Source: Eledone cirrhosa
Taxonomy: Eukaryota
Assembly: GCA_964016885.1 (NCBI GenBank)
Contig: OZ024742.1
Span: forward strand, 93,930,001 to 93,994,000
Direction of reading: 5' to 3'
Length of the DNA stretch: 64,000 nt
Below, piece after piece: positions 27,043-40,734 of this stretch. Made by a program: the position numbers and the translations under genes. The notes beneath the pieces were generated by a model that saw only the letters and a list, made by a program, of their open reading frames with translations, was not told the DNA's origin and ran no database searches. Positions within the stretch are counted from its first letter, which is position 1. The number at the start of each line of letters is the position of its first letter.

Positions 27043-27904
27043 AATAGTTATAGATCGAAGGTTAGCTATTGTAGAGTAAGTACTATTCGATTTGTTTGAG
27101 GCAATCACAAAGCACTCAATAGATCGAAAGTTAAAAGCAAACATTAGGTCCAGAATAAATACAACAGTTAAAGTGTGAGACCAAGAAAACTGACCAAAGG
27201 CACAGGCTATACATATAACATAACTACAATAGATACAGAAAGGTTTAACATACCTGGACCATCTCTGATTGATTAAAATCAATATAATCGATTAAATCTC
27301 AGATAGGCTTTTGGGACCCCTGAAAGTTATATAACAAGTTATATAATGTACAAGTAATACATATAATACATGTGTGTACTTCCATGATCGGAACCTTCTG
27401 CAGGTTTCATCTTTATTTAAATTGTGTTATGGCAACAGATTCATCACTACTTGTAGTAGTAATTTTGTCTGTAGTCATGTGACCTTTCTCAAAGGATGTG
27501 GTCAAGTAGTGGAAATGCTGGCGGCATTTTCGGGTGTAAGAACAGAGGAATCTTTACAGCCACAAAAATAAAAATTCTCCACTAGAATTTGTAAATGAAA
27601 GATAACTAAATATAACTATATCATCATTGATCAAATACATGGGTTTAGGAAAATAATTTTATAATAGTTGTAAATCAAAGTTTAGCTGTTGTACAGCAAT
27701 CACAAAACACTCAATGTATGTAAAGTTAAAAACAAACATTCTGTCCAGACTAAGACCAACCGAATACACACACACACACATACGTATATATACATATAGT
27801 GTAGGTTATTCAGTAATTAATTAAATTACTAGAGATGGCACCAAGGTGACCACCCAAGGCAAAGTGTGTATGTATAAAATAAAAATGGCGTAGACATTAC
27901 AATA

Positions 27905-27982
27905 CAATAGGAGGGAACATAATAGTACCATTGATGATGTTGCAGATGTGCAACGAAAGAACTTTGATAGACTATATATATA

Positions 27983-28021
<39 letters not shown>

Positions 28022-28195
28022 ATATCTGTATTTTTTACCATTGGTCAATCAATGATAAACGGTGATTGCCAAATAAATTAACTATGGAGATATAAAAGAT
28101 ACAGAAGCGAAAAACAAACCAAATAGTGAGTGTGTTCTGTTATTATTTCTGGCAATATTATTACAACAATATGACCCTCCCCAAGTATAACAATA
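27905..28195 (+). mobile_element. HHR-bearing element, copy 2 (HHR 27923-27974, core TTGATGA)
   Basis: Homologous to 500-765; stem II gttgc/gcaac. Confidence 0.7.
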
Positions 28196-28689
28196 TATAT
28201 ATATATATATATGGTAAAGAATATCAAAAACTAGGAGATTGTTTAATCTGTGGAAAGGGTTATGATATTTCGATATTTGTTACAATAATTACTGTGTCAT
28301 TTACACACAACTGTTACTCTGGGTATGTCTTTAAGATTCCATTGAAACATGTCCCAAACCTTCAGCGTATATTGACTCAATTTTGTAAAAAAACTGTTGT
28401 ACTTTTAATTTAAACAAAGGAGTTTCAAAAGAGAAGAAAATGTAAGAAATATATAGAGATGTGTGGTTTAGATAAAGATATTGTTAATAGATTGTAATCA
28501 ATTTCACATGCTTGAGGATAGAATTGCATCGACATAAAAATGTGCATCAGTGTTGAAAGAAAATAACACACACATGTAATGGGAACAGAATAAACTTTTG
28601 GGAGAAAAATCAAATTGTCAGAAGGAACAAACAGGAATACATATGTCATAAACAGAAATATGTAATCTACACGAAATAGTAATACATAT

Positions 28690-28854
28690 AATTGTTTCTA
28701 CTTTCGGCACAAGGCCAGCAATTACCCAGTGCAATACGACCCCATAAGGATGAAAGGCAAAGTTAACCTCGGCGGGATTTGAACTCAGAATGGCAAGGGC
28801 CGTAACTCTATGCGTCAGAGCATGTCGTCCGACCCTCTACCGATACTGCCAATC
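28690..28854 (-). mobile_element. tRNA-derived SINE with internal deletion
   Basis: Matches the consensus. Confidence 0.9.
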
Positions 28855-29506
28855 ATTAGTTGGTAAAGTGTAGACAATCACAAAACAAATATGTAACAAA
28901 AGGCATGAAATAAATAAATAAATAAAAAAATGTATACACACATCAACAGCGTTCTAATAAATATTGCCTGTATAGGTAATCAAAGTGTGTATATATTTTA
29001 TGTGTGTGTGTGCGTGTGTGTGTTCACGTGCGCGCACGCGTGTGTGTGTCTGTGTGAGTATGTGTGTGAGTGTATGTGTGTGATTGGGTGAGTGTGTGTG
29101 TATGAATGCATTCGGTGTCAGTAGGACTACCTCTTGAAAAGTACCTCTCATTCCTAATTTGCCAACAATCAAATTCCAATACTTGTGGTTGGCCAATTTT
29201 TTCAGAGCATGAAATCAAATTTGGTCGAGGTGATTGAAGTGAAAGTATCTCAACTCTTTCTTAGTTAAAATGTTAAAATTCTTAATTTTCTTGGATTGTT
29301 ACCACCTATTTGTTCTATATGGGTTCTACTTTCCTATAAATGAATTACTGAAACAAATTATCTACGTAAGTGGCAGAGCTATTATTGAGCGGTTCTATAG
29401 GAAGCAGGATTGAATATATTTATATATATATATATAGTGACGAAACATAATATATATATATATGTATAGCAGAGTATTGTAGTTTGCTTGAAGCATTGTT
29501 GAATAG

Positions 29507-29780
29507 GAAACTCAAATTTAAATAATTTCGAAAACCATACAATCCACTAGAAATAAAATTAAGATTGCTAAGATAACAAAAAAAATCTGACCTTAGCAAA
29601 TTTAATAATCCAAAATATTCTTGGGTTTAAAAACCCACTATCAAGGGAGTATCCCTATGAGAGACTGAAAGGATCGATTGGAGTCGACATGTTTGGAAAG
29701 CAGATTTAAGTTATTTTACCAATTTTAATTGTCTTTCTAGTGCATTGTATGGTTTTCAAAATTATTTAAATTTGTGTTTC
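29507..29780. repeat. Fold-back with about 80-bp inverted arms
   Basis: gaaactcaaatttaaataatttcgaaaaccatacaatccactagaaa versus tttctagtgcattgtatggttttcaaaattatttaaatttgtgtttc. Confidence 0.8.
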
Positions 29781-30699
29781 ATATATATATATGCATATAT
29801 ATATACCTAGTGGATGAAATATATTTGCCTCCTCTTTAGTGGTAATGAAACTGTTACAGCTTTCTCTTTGCACCAGTCAATGTTGAGACTTCAAGCAATC
29901 TTGGTCCACAAACAGTTGACTACCTCTGTAAAATTGTAATCACAGCAGCCCATCGGAGGAAGGAGCCTCATCATGTGAAATGGCTGTTGTGGCAGGTGTC
30001 ACGAGCCATTGTCTGTGGAAATGTCTTTGTAATTTTGTATGCAGTGCATAGCCAAAATACCACTTTGATCTAGATGTAAAGTCTGTTACCATCTCCCTTC
30101 CCTTGCCTAATAGTCCTTGTTCTTTCCATCTTTTTCTTTTCATTTATGGCTTTTATAGTCTTTTACGATTCATCTTTCTTTTTCTCTATGATTGACCAAT
30201 TTGTAGTTTTATCAACAATAAATAAATTGAAAGTTTATTAATTGGATGATTATTTGTCGAAATACTTTTCTCACAAGATGGAGGAAATAAAATAAAATCA
30301 AAATCAAGGGAAGACAGTAGGCCAAAATCGTTATTGAGATGATCAAAGAATTTATGAAGAAAGAGCTTTGACAATTAAATAACCATCCATTTGCTAAACC
30401 AACCAATGAATAGATTAGTTACTTGACTAATATCGAAAATCAAAGTGAAACTAGATTTGTACGTGTGTTTATATTGGCAGCATGACCCTCCCAAATTATA
30501 ACATTATATATATATATATATACGCACACACATATTTTTACTTCTGCTTCTTCTATTCATGTCAAAGGTCTAATGAATCCTGACATCTACCATTCTTCTT
30601 TATATATTTGGCATCCAATCATTCCTGTAAGATGTGAAAAAGTGGTGATATTGATAATGCCAATGATGGTAATGTAATAATGTCACAGAGAGAAATATT

Positions 30700-31920
30700 A
30701 AACCCCCCCCCCCCCCACCACCAACACCACTATCAACAACAACAATAACAACGAAAACAACAACATCAACAGCAGCAGCTGCAATAGCAAGAGAAACAAG
30801 AAAATACTTCCCATAGTCAATTTCTAACTACAATTCCATTGTAGACTATCATCACTTCCAAAAGCTGACCCAAACACTAAATGTTTACACTATGGTTAGA
30901 TTTAAATCACTGTGTTGTTAGTAATGTCGACATTTACTGCTCAGGAATTGGTAAACTCTGCTTTAGTGTACATCAATTATGGGGTACACACAGAGTAGTA
31001 GAGGAAGAACACCAATACTAGCACTCTATCTTCTCCAACAACTTCATTTCTAAATTAAAGCCATAACCACAAATACCACCACTGTTACTAGTATTACAAT
31101 TATAACTGACACCACCACAGTTATTATTAACACATTTTCTAACACTACCATTACTATGATACTCACTCACCACCACTACTACAACCATTTTACTAACACA
31201 AATACAAAGATCATTATCACCACCACCACTGCCACCACCACCACCATCACCATCACATTCACTACCACAGCCAACAGCCCAAACATTAACGCTACCATCA
31301 AATTACTGCCACAACCACCACCACCACCACCACCACCACTACCCCCCACCATCACGACCATCCACCCCTACCACCACCAATACTATTGCCATCATTATCA
31401 CAGCCATGAACGCCAACACTATTACTATCATCATACTCCTTACTACAACCTCCAATACCACCACTATCAATTATAATTCAGCAATCACACACACTACCAC
31501 CATCCTCATCATCACTACTGTTACTAGCATTGCTGACATGCGCATTACAGCATACACCAACATCCCTATTACTATTCCAAAATTACAGCAATGTAGACTA
31601 CCACCACTTTACTTTCACCCCTACCATGTGTACCACAACTATCATCTACATTACAACCATTACACTCATTTCCACTACTAAAACTACTATCAATAATATC
31701 ACTACCCCCCCCCCCCCCCACACACACACACTTACCTCCCCCCCCTCTCCCCACACACACACTGTAATCAATATTACTACCATTACCACCAATCCCACCA
31801 CCTCTATCATCACCATCACCATCATCATCACCATCAGAAACATTTCAATCTTCCCTACCACGACTAACTAATCCCAATCATCACTATCATTACCATTACC
31901 ATCATTACCATTATTTCCAT
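30700..31920. repeat. Degenerate (CAC/CAT/TAC)n low-complexity tract
   Basis: Seen directly. Confidence 0.85.
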
Positions 31921-32136
31921 CTAGCTATTATCTCTTTCATTTGATTGCTTTTTTTTATATTTTATTTTAGTCAATTTCCTTATCACCCCAGCCTCACCGA
32001 CCTCAACACTGTCTTGGTATAATTTCCTTTAGAGAAACTATTATTTTCTTAGTAACATTTTAATATACAGCTTCAAGCATGATAAATCTTACATATATGT
32101 GTGTCTGTGTCTAGATACATATATACATACATACAT

Positions 32137-32204
<68 letters not shown>

Positions 32205-33069
32205 ATATAATATTTATAAAGGTATACACTTGATTGAAAACTAGAAATAGAAAAGAGAGTATTCGATATTGTAAGTAGAGTGAAATAATTTATTGGAAAG
32301 CTCAATCTTCATAAATTGTTACTCAGATGTTCTCTTTGGCAATCTTAATATATTTCTGAAAAGTGGAATATAAAATTTATTAATTGAAATGTATACAGGA
32401 GGCTTTGAATAGGATATCTTGCACTGGTTGTCTAACAGAAAATAAAGGCAGGTAATTGAAAAGATATTATTGCCTGATAGGATGTAATTGATTGATATTG
32501 TAAGCAATATGTGGATAGCTACTTTTTGCACTAAAGTTATAAAAGTAGTTTGTTCAAAGAAATATCATATATGATAATAATGACAAAGAGATAAAAGATT
32601 ACTGCGAAGTGGAAAGAAATTAAATTTTAAAAGTCTCAAGTGATATGAGAATGAGTGGAGATTTAAATAAAAGGATGGTTTATACCAGTGGAGGTTCTTT
32701 GTTCTATTTTTATGCTGCTATTATTTTTATGTTGTAAATTCAGTAACTAAAATCACTGTACTATTCCAATCAATTTTCTTCTGAATGGCAAGTAAATGCA
32801 TTGGCTTACAGAGCTAAAATCTGTCTTAATCTCTAAAGTCTCTCATATAAGTGGTTGAGCACTTTGGAATGTTACTTATTAACAATTATTTATTATAGGG
32901 AAATTGTAAATCTCGGATCACTGATCCCAGTTCTCCTAATAGAGTCATAGGAATATTGTCATTGAATTTATCCCCCCCCCCCCTTCCTGTTTAACAACAG
33001 CTGATTTCTTCTTTTTCTTACAGAGACAGATAAAGAAAGAGGGATTGGAGATGGAGAAAGTGTAAGAAA

Positions 33070-33225
33070 TTGAACCCAGTACTTGACTGGTACTTTATTT
33101 ATCAAGCTTCAAAAGAGGAAAGGTAAAGTTGGCCACAGCAGGGTTTGAACAGGGTGCAGAAAACTGGAACGAATAACACAAAATATTCCACCTAATGCTC
33201 TAAAAAAATCAGCCAATTTGCTGCC
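33070..33225 (-). mobile_element. Old diverged SINE
   Basis: ctggtactttattttatc...aaaggtaaagttg...tttgaac core. Confidence 0.65.
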
Positions 33226-33542
33226 CAAATTGTAAATATGGTATATTTGTTTATTTTTTATTTCATTTCATTCCCTCAATCTATTGAAACATGTCACCTC
33301 ATTTTGTATGAAATATATGTGTTAAATAATTATTAATTATCACCATTTCTTAACTGATAAATTCACATGGGGTATGGAAAATTAATAAATAGCCAAAGCA
33401 ATTTTAATTATATACTTATTTTACTATCTGCTTATATAAATTATGTTGCTCCTCAGTATTTTTAAATGTCTAACTGTACAATATATTTATATAGCTCTAG
33501 TGTGATCATATAGCTGCAATCTGCAATATGGAACATATGCAT

Positions 33543-33584
33543 GGCTCTGATGATCATCAAACAGCGTGAAACAGACTGTTAGCT
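33543..33584 (+). ncRNA. Minimal type I HHR candidate with decayed stem II
   Basis: ggct CTGATGA tcatcaaacagcgt GAAA cagactg TT agct. Confidence 0.6.
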
Positions 33585-34309
33585 TCTCTCCCTTCTTTCG
33601 CTGAAAAGAAGTAAGTGACATAGTCACTACTTTAAAACCAATAGCGTATGGTCTTTAAAATTTTTTTAATTAAGCAGACGGTATATTGCCATATATACAT
33701 ACATATATATATATATGTGTGTGTGTGTGTATGTGTGTGTGTGTGTGTGTATGATGTGTGTGTATATATGTATATTGTTTAATATGGCTAAGTGTTGAAT
33801 ATTGTTATTATGGAGACTCACCTGTGAGTACACAGTTTACTCTAGAGTAACGAGATATCACTAGAATATTATTAAACTCTACTTCGGCATTGAATACTCG
33901 TTCTTGCATCTATCAACATCATCTGAATATATATATGTGTGTGTGTGTGTGTATGTGTATCACCACTTAACTCATGTTAGATACATAGGGGCATCATCAG
34001 GACTCAGTGTCCTTGTGGAACATCCAAAAGTCTTGTTATAGAGGTTGTTTGGCAGTGCCTCCTTCCAGAGTAAGTGTGCACGTTCTTTTGAATAAATAAG
34101 AACAAATATAGCTTTATTTGGTTCATAATTCATCATTTTATTTCTCCAGCTTTTCTATTTTCCATCTAGTTGTGTTTTGTTCCTTCTAATTTCATGCTTG
34201 TCTTCTAAAATTATGAATTGTTGGTGTTACTTTAAGTAGGCAGATTAAATGAAAATAGTGTTGACATTTTGGGTAGAAGAGAAAACAAAGTGATACCATG
34301 GTATTAATA

Positions 34310-34498
34310 TGAGAGATGACTGAAATGTTCACAGGCCGACCAAAATACTCTCATAGAAGGACCAAATGAGGTTTATTTTTCAACATAGTCCCTGGAAAGG
34401 AACAATGCAGTTATTAATAAGAAAAGTTGAAATTAATGCATGCAAAATTTCACATCATTCCTTCATAGTCAGCCTATGAACTTTTCAGCCAACACTTG
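34310..34498. mobile_element. Tc1/mariner-derived MITE
   Basis: About 30-bp imperfect TIRs (ctgaaatgttcacaggccgac / gtcagcctatgaacttttcag) flanked by TA. Confidence 0.7.
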
Positions 34499-35972
34499 TA
34501 TGTGATATAATGCAGATATGTAAATGATATACTCATTCGAATGGACACCCCAGAAGATGCCAATAGATTAAAGTTTTTGATACAAAACTGCCTGAACCCC
34601 CACTGGGTTTATGATAAAAACATGTTTATCCTTTTATAAAAATCTTCCATTATAATTTCAATTTTGAAATTTTAGTTAAGTAATGTTCTAATTATTGGTT
34701 TACTAATAACAAACGTTGTTATTTTATTAAATTCCTTCAAATGTTTAGATATTTTCCAAATTAATTGAAATATTTAGGTAGTGTATTTCATAAAAAAATA
34801 TGGTAATGAAAGAAATATAGGAAGACCTAGAAAACAGAACAAGTAGATACATAAAAAATTACACACAGAATAGTCTAAATAAAATCCTAGTGATACATTA
34901 ACTCCATTTATAGAAATATATATTCAGATAAAGAATAGTGTGTGTCATGTTTGTCCACATCATCATTTAACATCTACTTTCCATGCTGACATGAGTTGGA
35001 CAGGTTGCAACAGTCTGAGGCTAGATGAAATGAAGAGACTATATTTTCTCAAATGTTCTATAATTTTGCATGGTTTCTACGGCTGGATACCCTTCCTAAT
35101 GCCATTCACATTACAGAGTATACTGGATGAATTTTATTATGATACCAGCACTAACACTTTACAAAGTATGACTGATGCAATTTCTCACCAAACATTAAAT
35201 GCACACACACACATACAAAATGCTTGTATTTATATGAATATTGTGATTGTTCAAAGAGATGTAAAAAAACACCAGTGGTAATATTTCTATTTAGCAGAGC
35301 ATTTATTTTTTCCTCTAAAAAGGGAGTATTAATGAAATAAATCTGCCAACTAAAACAAGAAAGACTGTTTAAAAAAACAACTAATAGACAGAGTGATATA
35401 AAACACAAACAGAAATACAATGCAATAAATACTTCAGACAGAACTACACCTGTTAATAATGAACAAACTACATAACATGGATGAAATCAATGATTCAAAT
35501 GAATCAAATGTGTACTAAACTATAAAATGGATAAACTAATTATCAAAAACTCATAAAATAGAAAAGGGAAATTGATTGCAGTGAACCACAAACTATCACT
35601 AACAGTATTTACTATAAAAACACTAAAATTAAAAACCTCCTTATCAATAACTAATTGCAAACCTCTTGTAAATGCATGAACAAGATACTAATGATCAATA
35701 TGATTTACAAATTTAATTGCCAGTGTGGACATTGTAATCTTCATGGCTCCAACTGTTACATTCACTATAAATCATTACGCTTTCTAACTAGCTCACCATG
35801 TACTTACAAGGAACAATCCAATACACTACACAACACAATATAAAATAAATCTAAATGGGAAAGTTTTGTAAACAAAAGATCTTCCTAATACAAAAGTCCT
35901 CACAGAATTAAATTAATGATAGGAGCCATCACACAAGACAAGGTTAAAATAAAGATGTACTTAACACTAATA

Positions 35973-36026
<54 letters not shown>

Positions 36027-36027
36027 C

Positions 36028-37898
36028 GTGAGGTGTTCAGGATTGCTAGGCAATGTGTCAAGGAAAACAGTGATATTGTCGGGGAGAAGTGTGTACTTAA
36101 CGATGACGGCGTACTTGCCATCACCGACGCCGATAAGAAGGTAGCTTGGAAGTGTCACTATGAAAGGCTACTCAATGAGGAGAATAAATGGGAGAAAGAC
36201 AGTCTCCCCCACATCGACCTAATAGAGGGACCAGCAGTGTTAGTCGAGAGTAGTATAATAAGTAAGGCAATCAAAGATATGAAGACAGGCAAGGCGGCTG
36301 GGCCTTCGGAAATAGCTGCCGAGATGCTGAAGGCATCTGGTACGGTGGGACACACCATGGTCACCCGGATAGTCAACCAAGTCATACAGAATGGGGTTGT
36401 TCCGAAGGACTGGCGTAGCAGCATTATCGTTAATTGTTATAAGGATAAAGGAGATGCCCTAGATAGGAGTAACTATAGAGGCATTAAATTAATCGACCAG
36501 GTCATGAAGGTCACGGAAAAAGTAATAGCGCAACTAATCAGAGAGCGAATTGATCTAGATGAAATGCAGTTCGGGTTTGTGTCAGGAAAAAGTACCACAG
36601 ACGCTCTTTTCATTGTACGACAACTACAGGAGAAGTACCTAGCTAAAAGTAAACCCCTATACTTAGCTTTCGTCGACTTGGAGAAGGCCTTCGACAGAGT
36701 CCCCCGTTCCATTATCTGGTGGGCTCTTAGAAAACTAGGTGTCGATGAATGGCTTGTGAGAGCTATACAAGCCATGTATAAAGAAACAGTCAGCAAGGTT
36801 AGAATTAACAACGAATATAGTGAAGAGTTTAGTGTAAAAGTTGGTGTTCATCAGGGCTCTGTTCTTAGCCCCCTACTATTTATTATTGCCCTCCAGGCTA
36901 TAACAGTGGAGTTCAAGACCGGCTGCCCATGGGAACTCCTATACGCAGATGATCTAACGCTCATAGCTGAATCAATGGCCGAGTTAGAGAAGAAATTCCA
37001 AACATGGAAGCACGGGCTAGAATCAAAAGGCTTTAAAATTAACCTGGCTAAGACTAAAGTTCTAGTTTGTAAGAAAGAAAATAAGGCGGCGGTCCCCTCC
37101 GGGAAGTGGCCATGCGCAGAGTGTAGGAAAGGCGTAGGTAGAAATTCCATTTTGTGTCCCAAATGCAAAGTTTGGGTTCATAAAAGATGTAGTGGGATCA
37201 CAGGCAAGCTAACTAAGAACATAGATTTTACATGTAGCCGGTGTTCTGGGGCAATAAGTAGCAGCAAGTGCCCACAAAATACTAACTCTTTCAACTGCGC
37301 AGAGGGTTCTATAGAAATAGTGGACAGCTTCCGTTACCTGGGTGACAAAATCAGCAGTGGGGGAGGGTGCTCTGAAAGTACAGTAGCTAGAGTCAGAACT
37401 GGGTGGAAAAAGTTCAGAGAGCTTATACCACTATTAGCCGCTAAAGGGTTCTCCCTAAAAATGAAAGGCAGGTTGTACGATGCCTGCATACGAACAGCAA
37501 TGTTGCATGGCAGTGAGACCTGGGCATTGTGTGCAGAGGATATACGCAGACTAGAGAGAAACGAAGCTTGCATGCTCCGCTGGATGTGTAATAGTAATAT
37601 ACGTGAACGACAAAGCATAAACGAACTAAGGAAAAAATAAGAAATAAGAGGGATCAGATGTTGTTTACTAGAGAGAAGGCTACGTTGGTATGGTCACGTG
37701 ATGCGCATGAAGGACGATAGCTGTATAACAAAGTGCAGGGCAATAAAGATAGACGGTAGCCACGGAATAGGCAGACCCAGAAAAACCTGGGACGAGCTGA
37801 TAAACTCCGACCTCACACACTTACACCTCACCAAGACAATGTCATTGGACCGAGACCTTTGGCGGTACTCAGTAATAGAGAAGACCCGCCTTACCTAA
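36028..37898 (+). pseudogene. RTE reverse transcriptase with an internal PHD-type finger; one in-frame stop at 37638-37640
   Basis: NYRGI, QFGF, FVDLEKAFD, GVHQGSVLSP, YADD, FRYLG, LRWYGHV, GRPRKTW; the ORF-track N-terminus is microsatellite read-through. Confidence 0.92.
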
Positions 37899-38290
37899 AT
37901 ACAAAGTAAAACCTACTACAGTCAGTAGGCATCTCTAACAAAATGCACCCCCGTCCCACCACCCCCACCCCATCCACACCGCCCCCTTCTATGTAAAGTT
38001 ATGTTGGTGCCACACCATCCAGGCCGAAACGAATGAGATCGTGTAGGTGTCACGACAAAAAAACACAGTCCACGCTGTAATGTGGCCGTGTAGGCAACAC
38101 GGTAAAAACCTCCCAGACCCACACTGTAAATGTGGTTGGTGTTAGGAAGGGCATCCAACTGTAGAAAACCTGCCAGACAGTCCTATGCGAGCAAGACAAT
38201 CACTCTTGCCTCAAGTGGGAAAACGCCCGTCCAAACCCATGCAAGCGTGGAACACGGACGTTAAACGTTGATGATGATGATGATGATGAT
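36028..38290 (+). mobile_element. 5'-truncated young RTE-clade LINE with 3'UTR and (GAT)n tail
   Basis: Inserted in TA-rich microsatellite; tandem 3'UTR motifs at about 38040-38150. Confidence 0.92.
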
Positions 38291-38419
38291 ACAGATATAT
38301 ACACATATATATATACATATATATATATACATATATATATACATATATATATATATACATACATAAATAAAATAAAATAACAGGAGGCTGGACTGGTGTA
38401 AATTCTTGAGAGGTTTATT

Positions 38420-38477
38420 ATACTATGATCATTTCAATGACTGGGTTCCATATGAATCCGGTGATATCATCAGGTAT
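38420..38477 (-). ncRNA. Type I HHR
   Basis: atac CTGATGA [31-nt imperfect stem II] GAAA tgatca TA gtat; palindromic stem III. Confidence 0.75.
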
Positions 38478-38689
38478 TGGAACATAACAAATGAATATGT
38501 AAAAAACCATGGGTCCGAAAAAAAAAAAAATATATATACGCACATACTCATATATATATGTGCATATACACATAATGCATATATGTACACACACACAAAT
38601 ACACAAATACACACATATATATATATATATGATGGCAGCAACTCAAATTTTAGCAATGCCATTGCTTGACACTCCTCTTAAGCATAAGC

Positions 38690-39060
38690 AGCAAGGACGT
38701 GACTTTTTCATCCCGCTAATAACCCACACTCATTTGCACAGCTGTGGCAATTATGGGGACCTCTCTCAGTAGGAATTACTGTGCTGCGTTGGTGCACTTT
38801 CATATAAAATTTCAGTCTATTGAAGATATTTGAAGAAACATTCTCTCCATTACCATCACGAGTAATGGGAAATAAATAATTTTCTGTATAGATGATGCAC
38901 ACAACCGCAATGATATGTTCAGACTACTAACTGAGGCACATTCTTTACCATATCGTTGCAAACAGAAATGCCATATAATTCATAGTTGACAGTGTCCTTG
39001 TGCATGTGGCTTCTTAGATGACTTCTAAGGCCTGCCTTACTTAGACAAAACTGGATTCAT
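38690..39060 (-). pseudogene. Degraded tandem C2H2-type zinc fingers
   Basis: SKAGLRSHLRSH, GKECASVSSL and CHSCANECGLLAG*KSH found across frames. Confidence 0.45.
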
Positions 39061-39469
39061 TCTTTACCAGTTAAATTGATTTTTCACACACACACACAAA
39101 CACACACACACACACACACACATATATCATAAATGTATCAAAACAAAACACAAGAAGCAAAATTACAGTTATTAGGTTCACTTTGGAGGAAGTGGGGTGG
39201 GGTGAGGGGGCTTCAAGATATCGGACAGATGTCCTTCTTCAAGAAAGTTCGGATAAAGTGAGAACAGATGGATGTAAGAGCAGTGTGAGAAGGTTAGGAA
39301 AGGAAATTAAGAAAAAGGAGTCGGGAGGATCCCCTTATATACCGATGCTGAAAAATAAGTTACATGTATGTGCCACTATGAAAGACTACTCAATTTATGG
39401 TAGGAAGATAGTTTTCCCAAGTGAACCCAAAAGAGAGACCCACCATACAAGACAACAGCAACGTAATAA

Positions 39470-40420
39470 GTAAAGCAATAGAGAATATGAAGACAGACAA
39501 AGTAGCTGACTTATCGGGGGTAGTTTCTGAGATGCTGAATGTATCATGGGTTGTGAGTCATGCCTTAACCACCTGTATAGTAAACTGAATAATACAGAAT
39601 GGTCTCATACACACTGATTGGTGTAGGAGCCTCATCGTCAACTGCTACAAGGACAAAGGAGATGCAAGCTATGGAGGCATTACGTTGATAGACCAGGTCT
39701 TGAATATTACAGAAAGTGTTAACACCTTTCTTCAGTTATGTTCCAAATACCAACTTAATAGTGAGAAAGTTAGTGAACTTAATGATGATTTATTAAATTG
39801 TAATAAAATGGTAAAACAAATCCCTCTGTTGGCTATATGAACAGGATGAAGCCACAGTGGGACGAAACACATCCAGAGCTAAATCACTTCACAGCGAAAC
39901 AATTACATAGAATTGATAAATATGTCCGAACACGGAAGAGCCGAACTCCAACTGTCATCGCCTCCATCTCTCTCACCCTCCCCATCTCTCTGTATTATGA
40001 GCAAATGGGGTCCCACGTGCTGGACGCCCCACGGCCCCGGCTGACAGAATGGAGAAGGCGTTTCCCCGGAGGATTGTAAGGGAGATGCGCTGGAAGAGCC
40101 ATTCCAACAAGACGAAATACAGTTTGAATTTGTGCAGGTTAAAGTACCACTGATGACATCTTCATTGTGAGGCAGCCACAGGAGAAGTACCTAGCTAAAA
40201 GTAGTTGGCAGTTGCTTATCTGGTGAAAGAATTTGATAACGTCTCTCCTTCCATGTTCTGGTGGGCGCTTTGAAAAAGGGGTAGAGCAGTGACTTGTGAC
40301 AGTGGTACAAGCCATGTATAGAGGAGCAATCAACAAGGTTAGAATTAACAATGATTATAGTGAAAAATTTAGTGTGCAAGTAGGAGTCCATCAGGGTTCT
40401 GTTCTAACCTCTCTCCAGTT
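39470..40420 (+). pseudogene. Old RTE RT fragment split by an insertion at about 39720-40090
   Basis: NCYKDKGDA...QEKYLAKS...VGVHQGSVL, homologous to 36260-36880. Confidence 0.8.
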
Positions 40421-40734
40421 TACTATAAACGTGATGATAATGATATTATCGCTTTAAACAAAAAATTATTAATTTTAATCGAGCAATTTTCTAAAGTTTT
40501 GAGCCAAGAAATATTTTTGTTGTATTTGGAAGATATTTATTTCAATTATCACACGCACTCGTGTCCATACATTTAAATAAATAAAAAGGTAAAAGAGGTC
40601 TTAACTCATCATGGAGTCGTAGGGGTGCCATCGTAACACATGATGTGTTTTGGGCATTCTAAACTTGGTGGAGCCAATCACTCATCCAAGACAATGCAGC
40701 AGATTTCTTCCAAAGAAAGAAAATAAGATTTAAC

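Noticed and set aside
29650-29697. HHR-like remnant (gact..agtc ga catg tt tgga) in a fold-back spacer
   Set aside because: Both core boxes are damaged, so it is too degenerate to call
31156-31871. Thr/His/Pro-rich mucin-like ORFs
   Set aside because: Degenerate trinucleotide repeat that is open in several frames
36846-36860. CTGATGA matches inside RTE sequence (also near 18436, 19155, 40150)
   Set aside because: They are RT coding sequence (VHQG, YADD) without HHR stems
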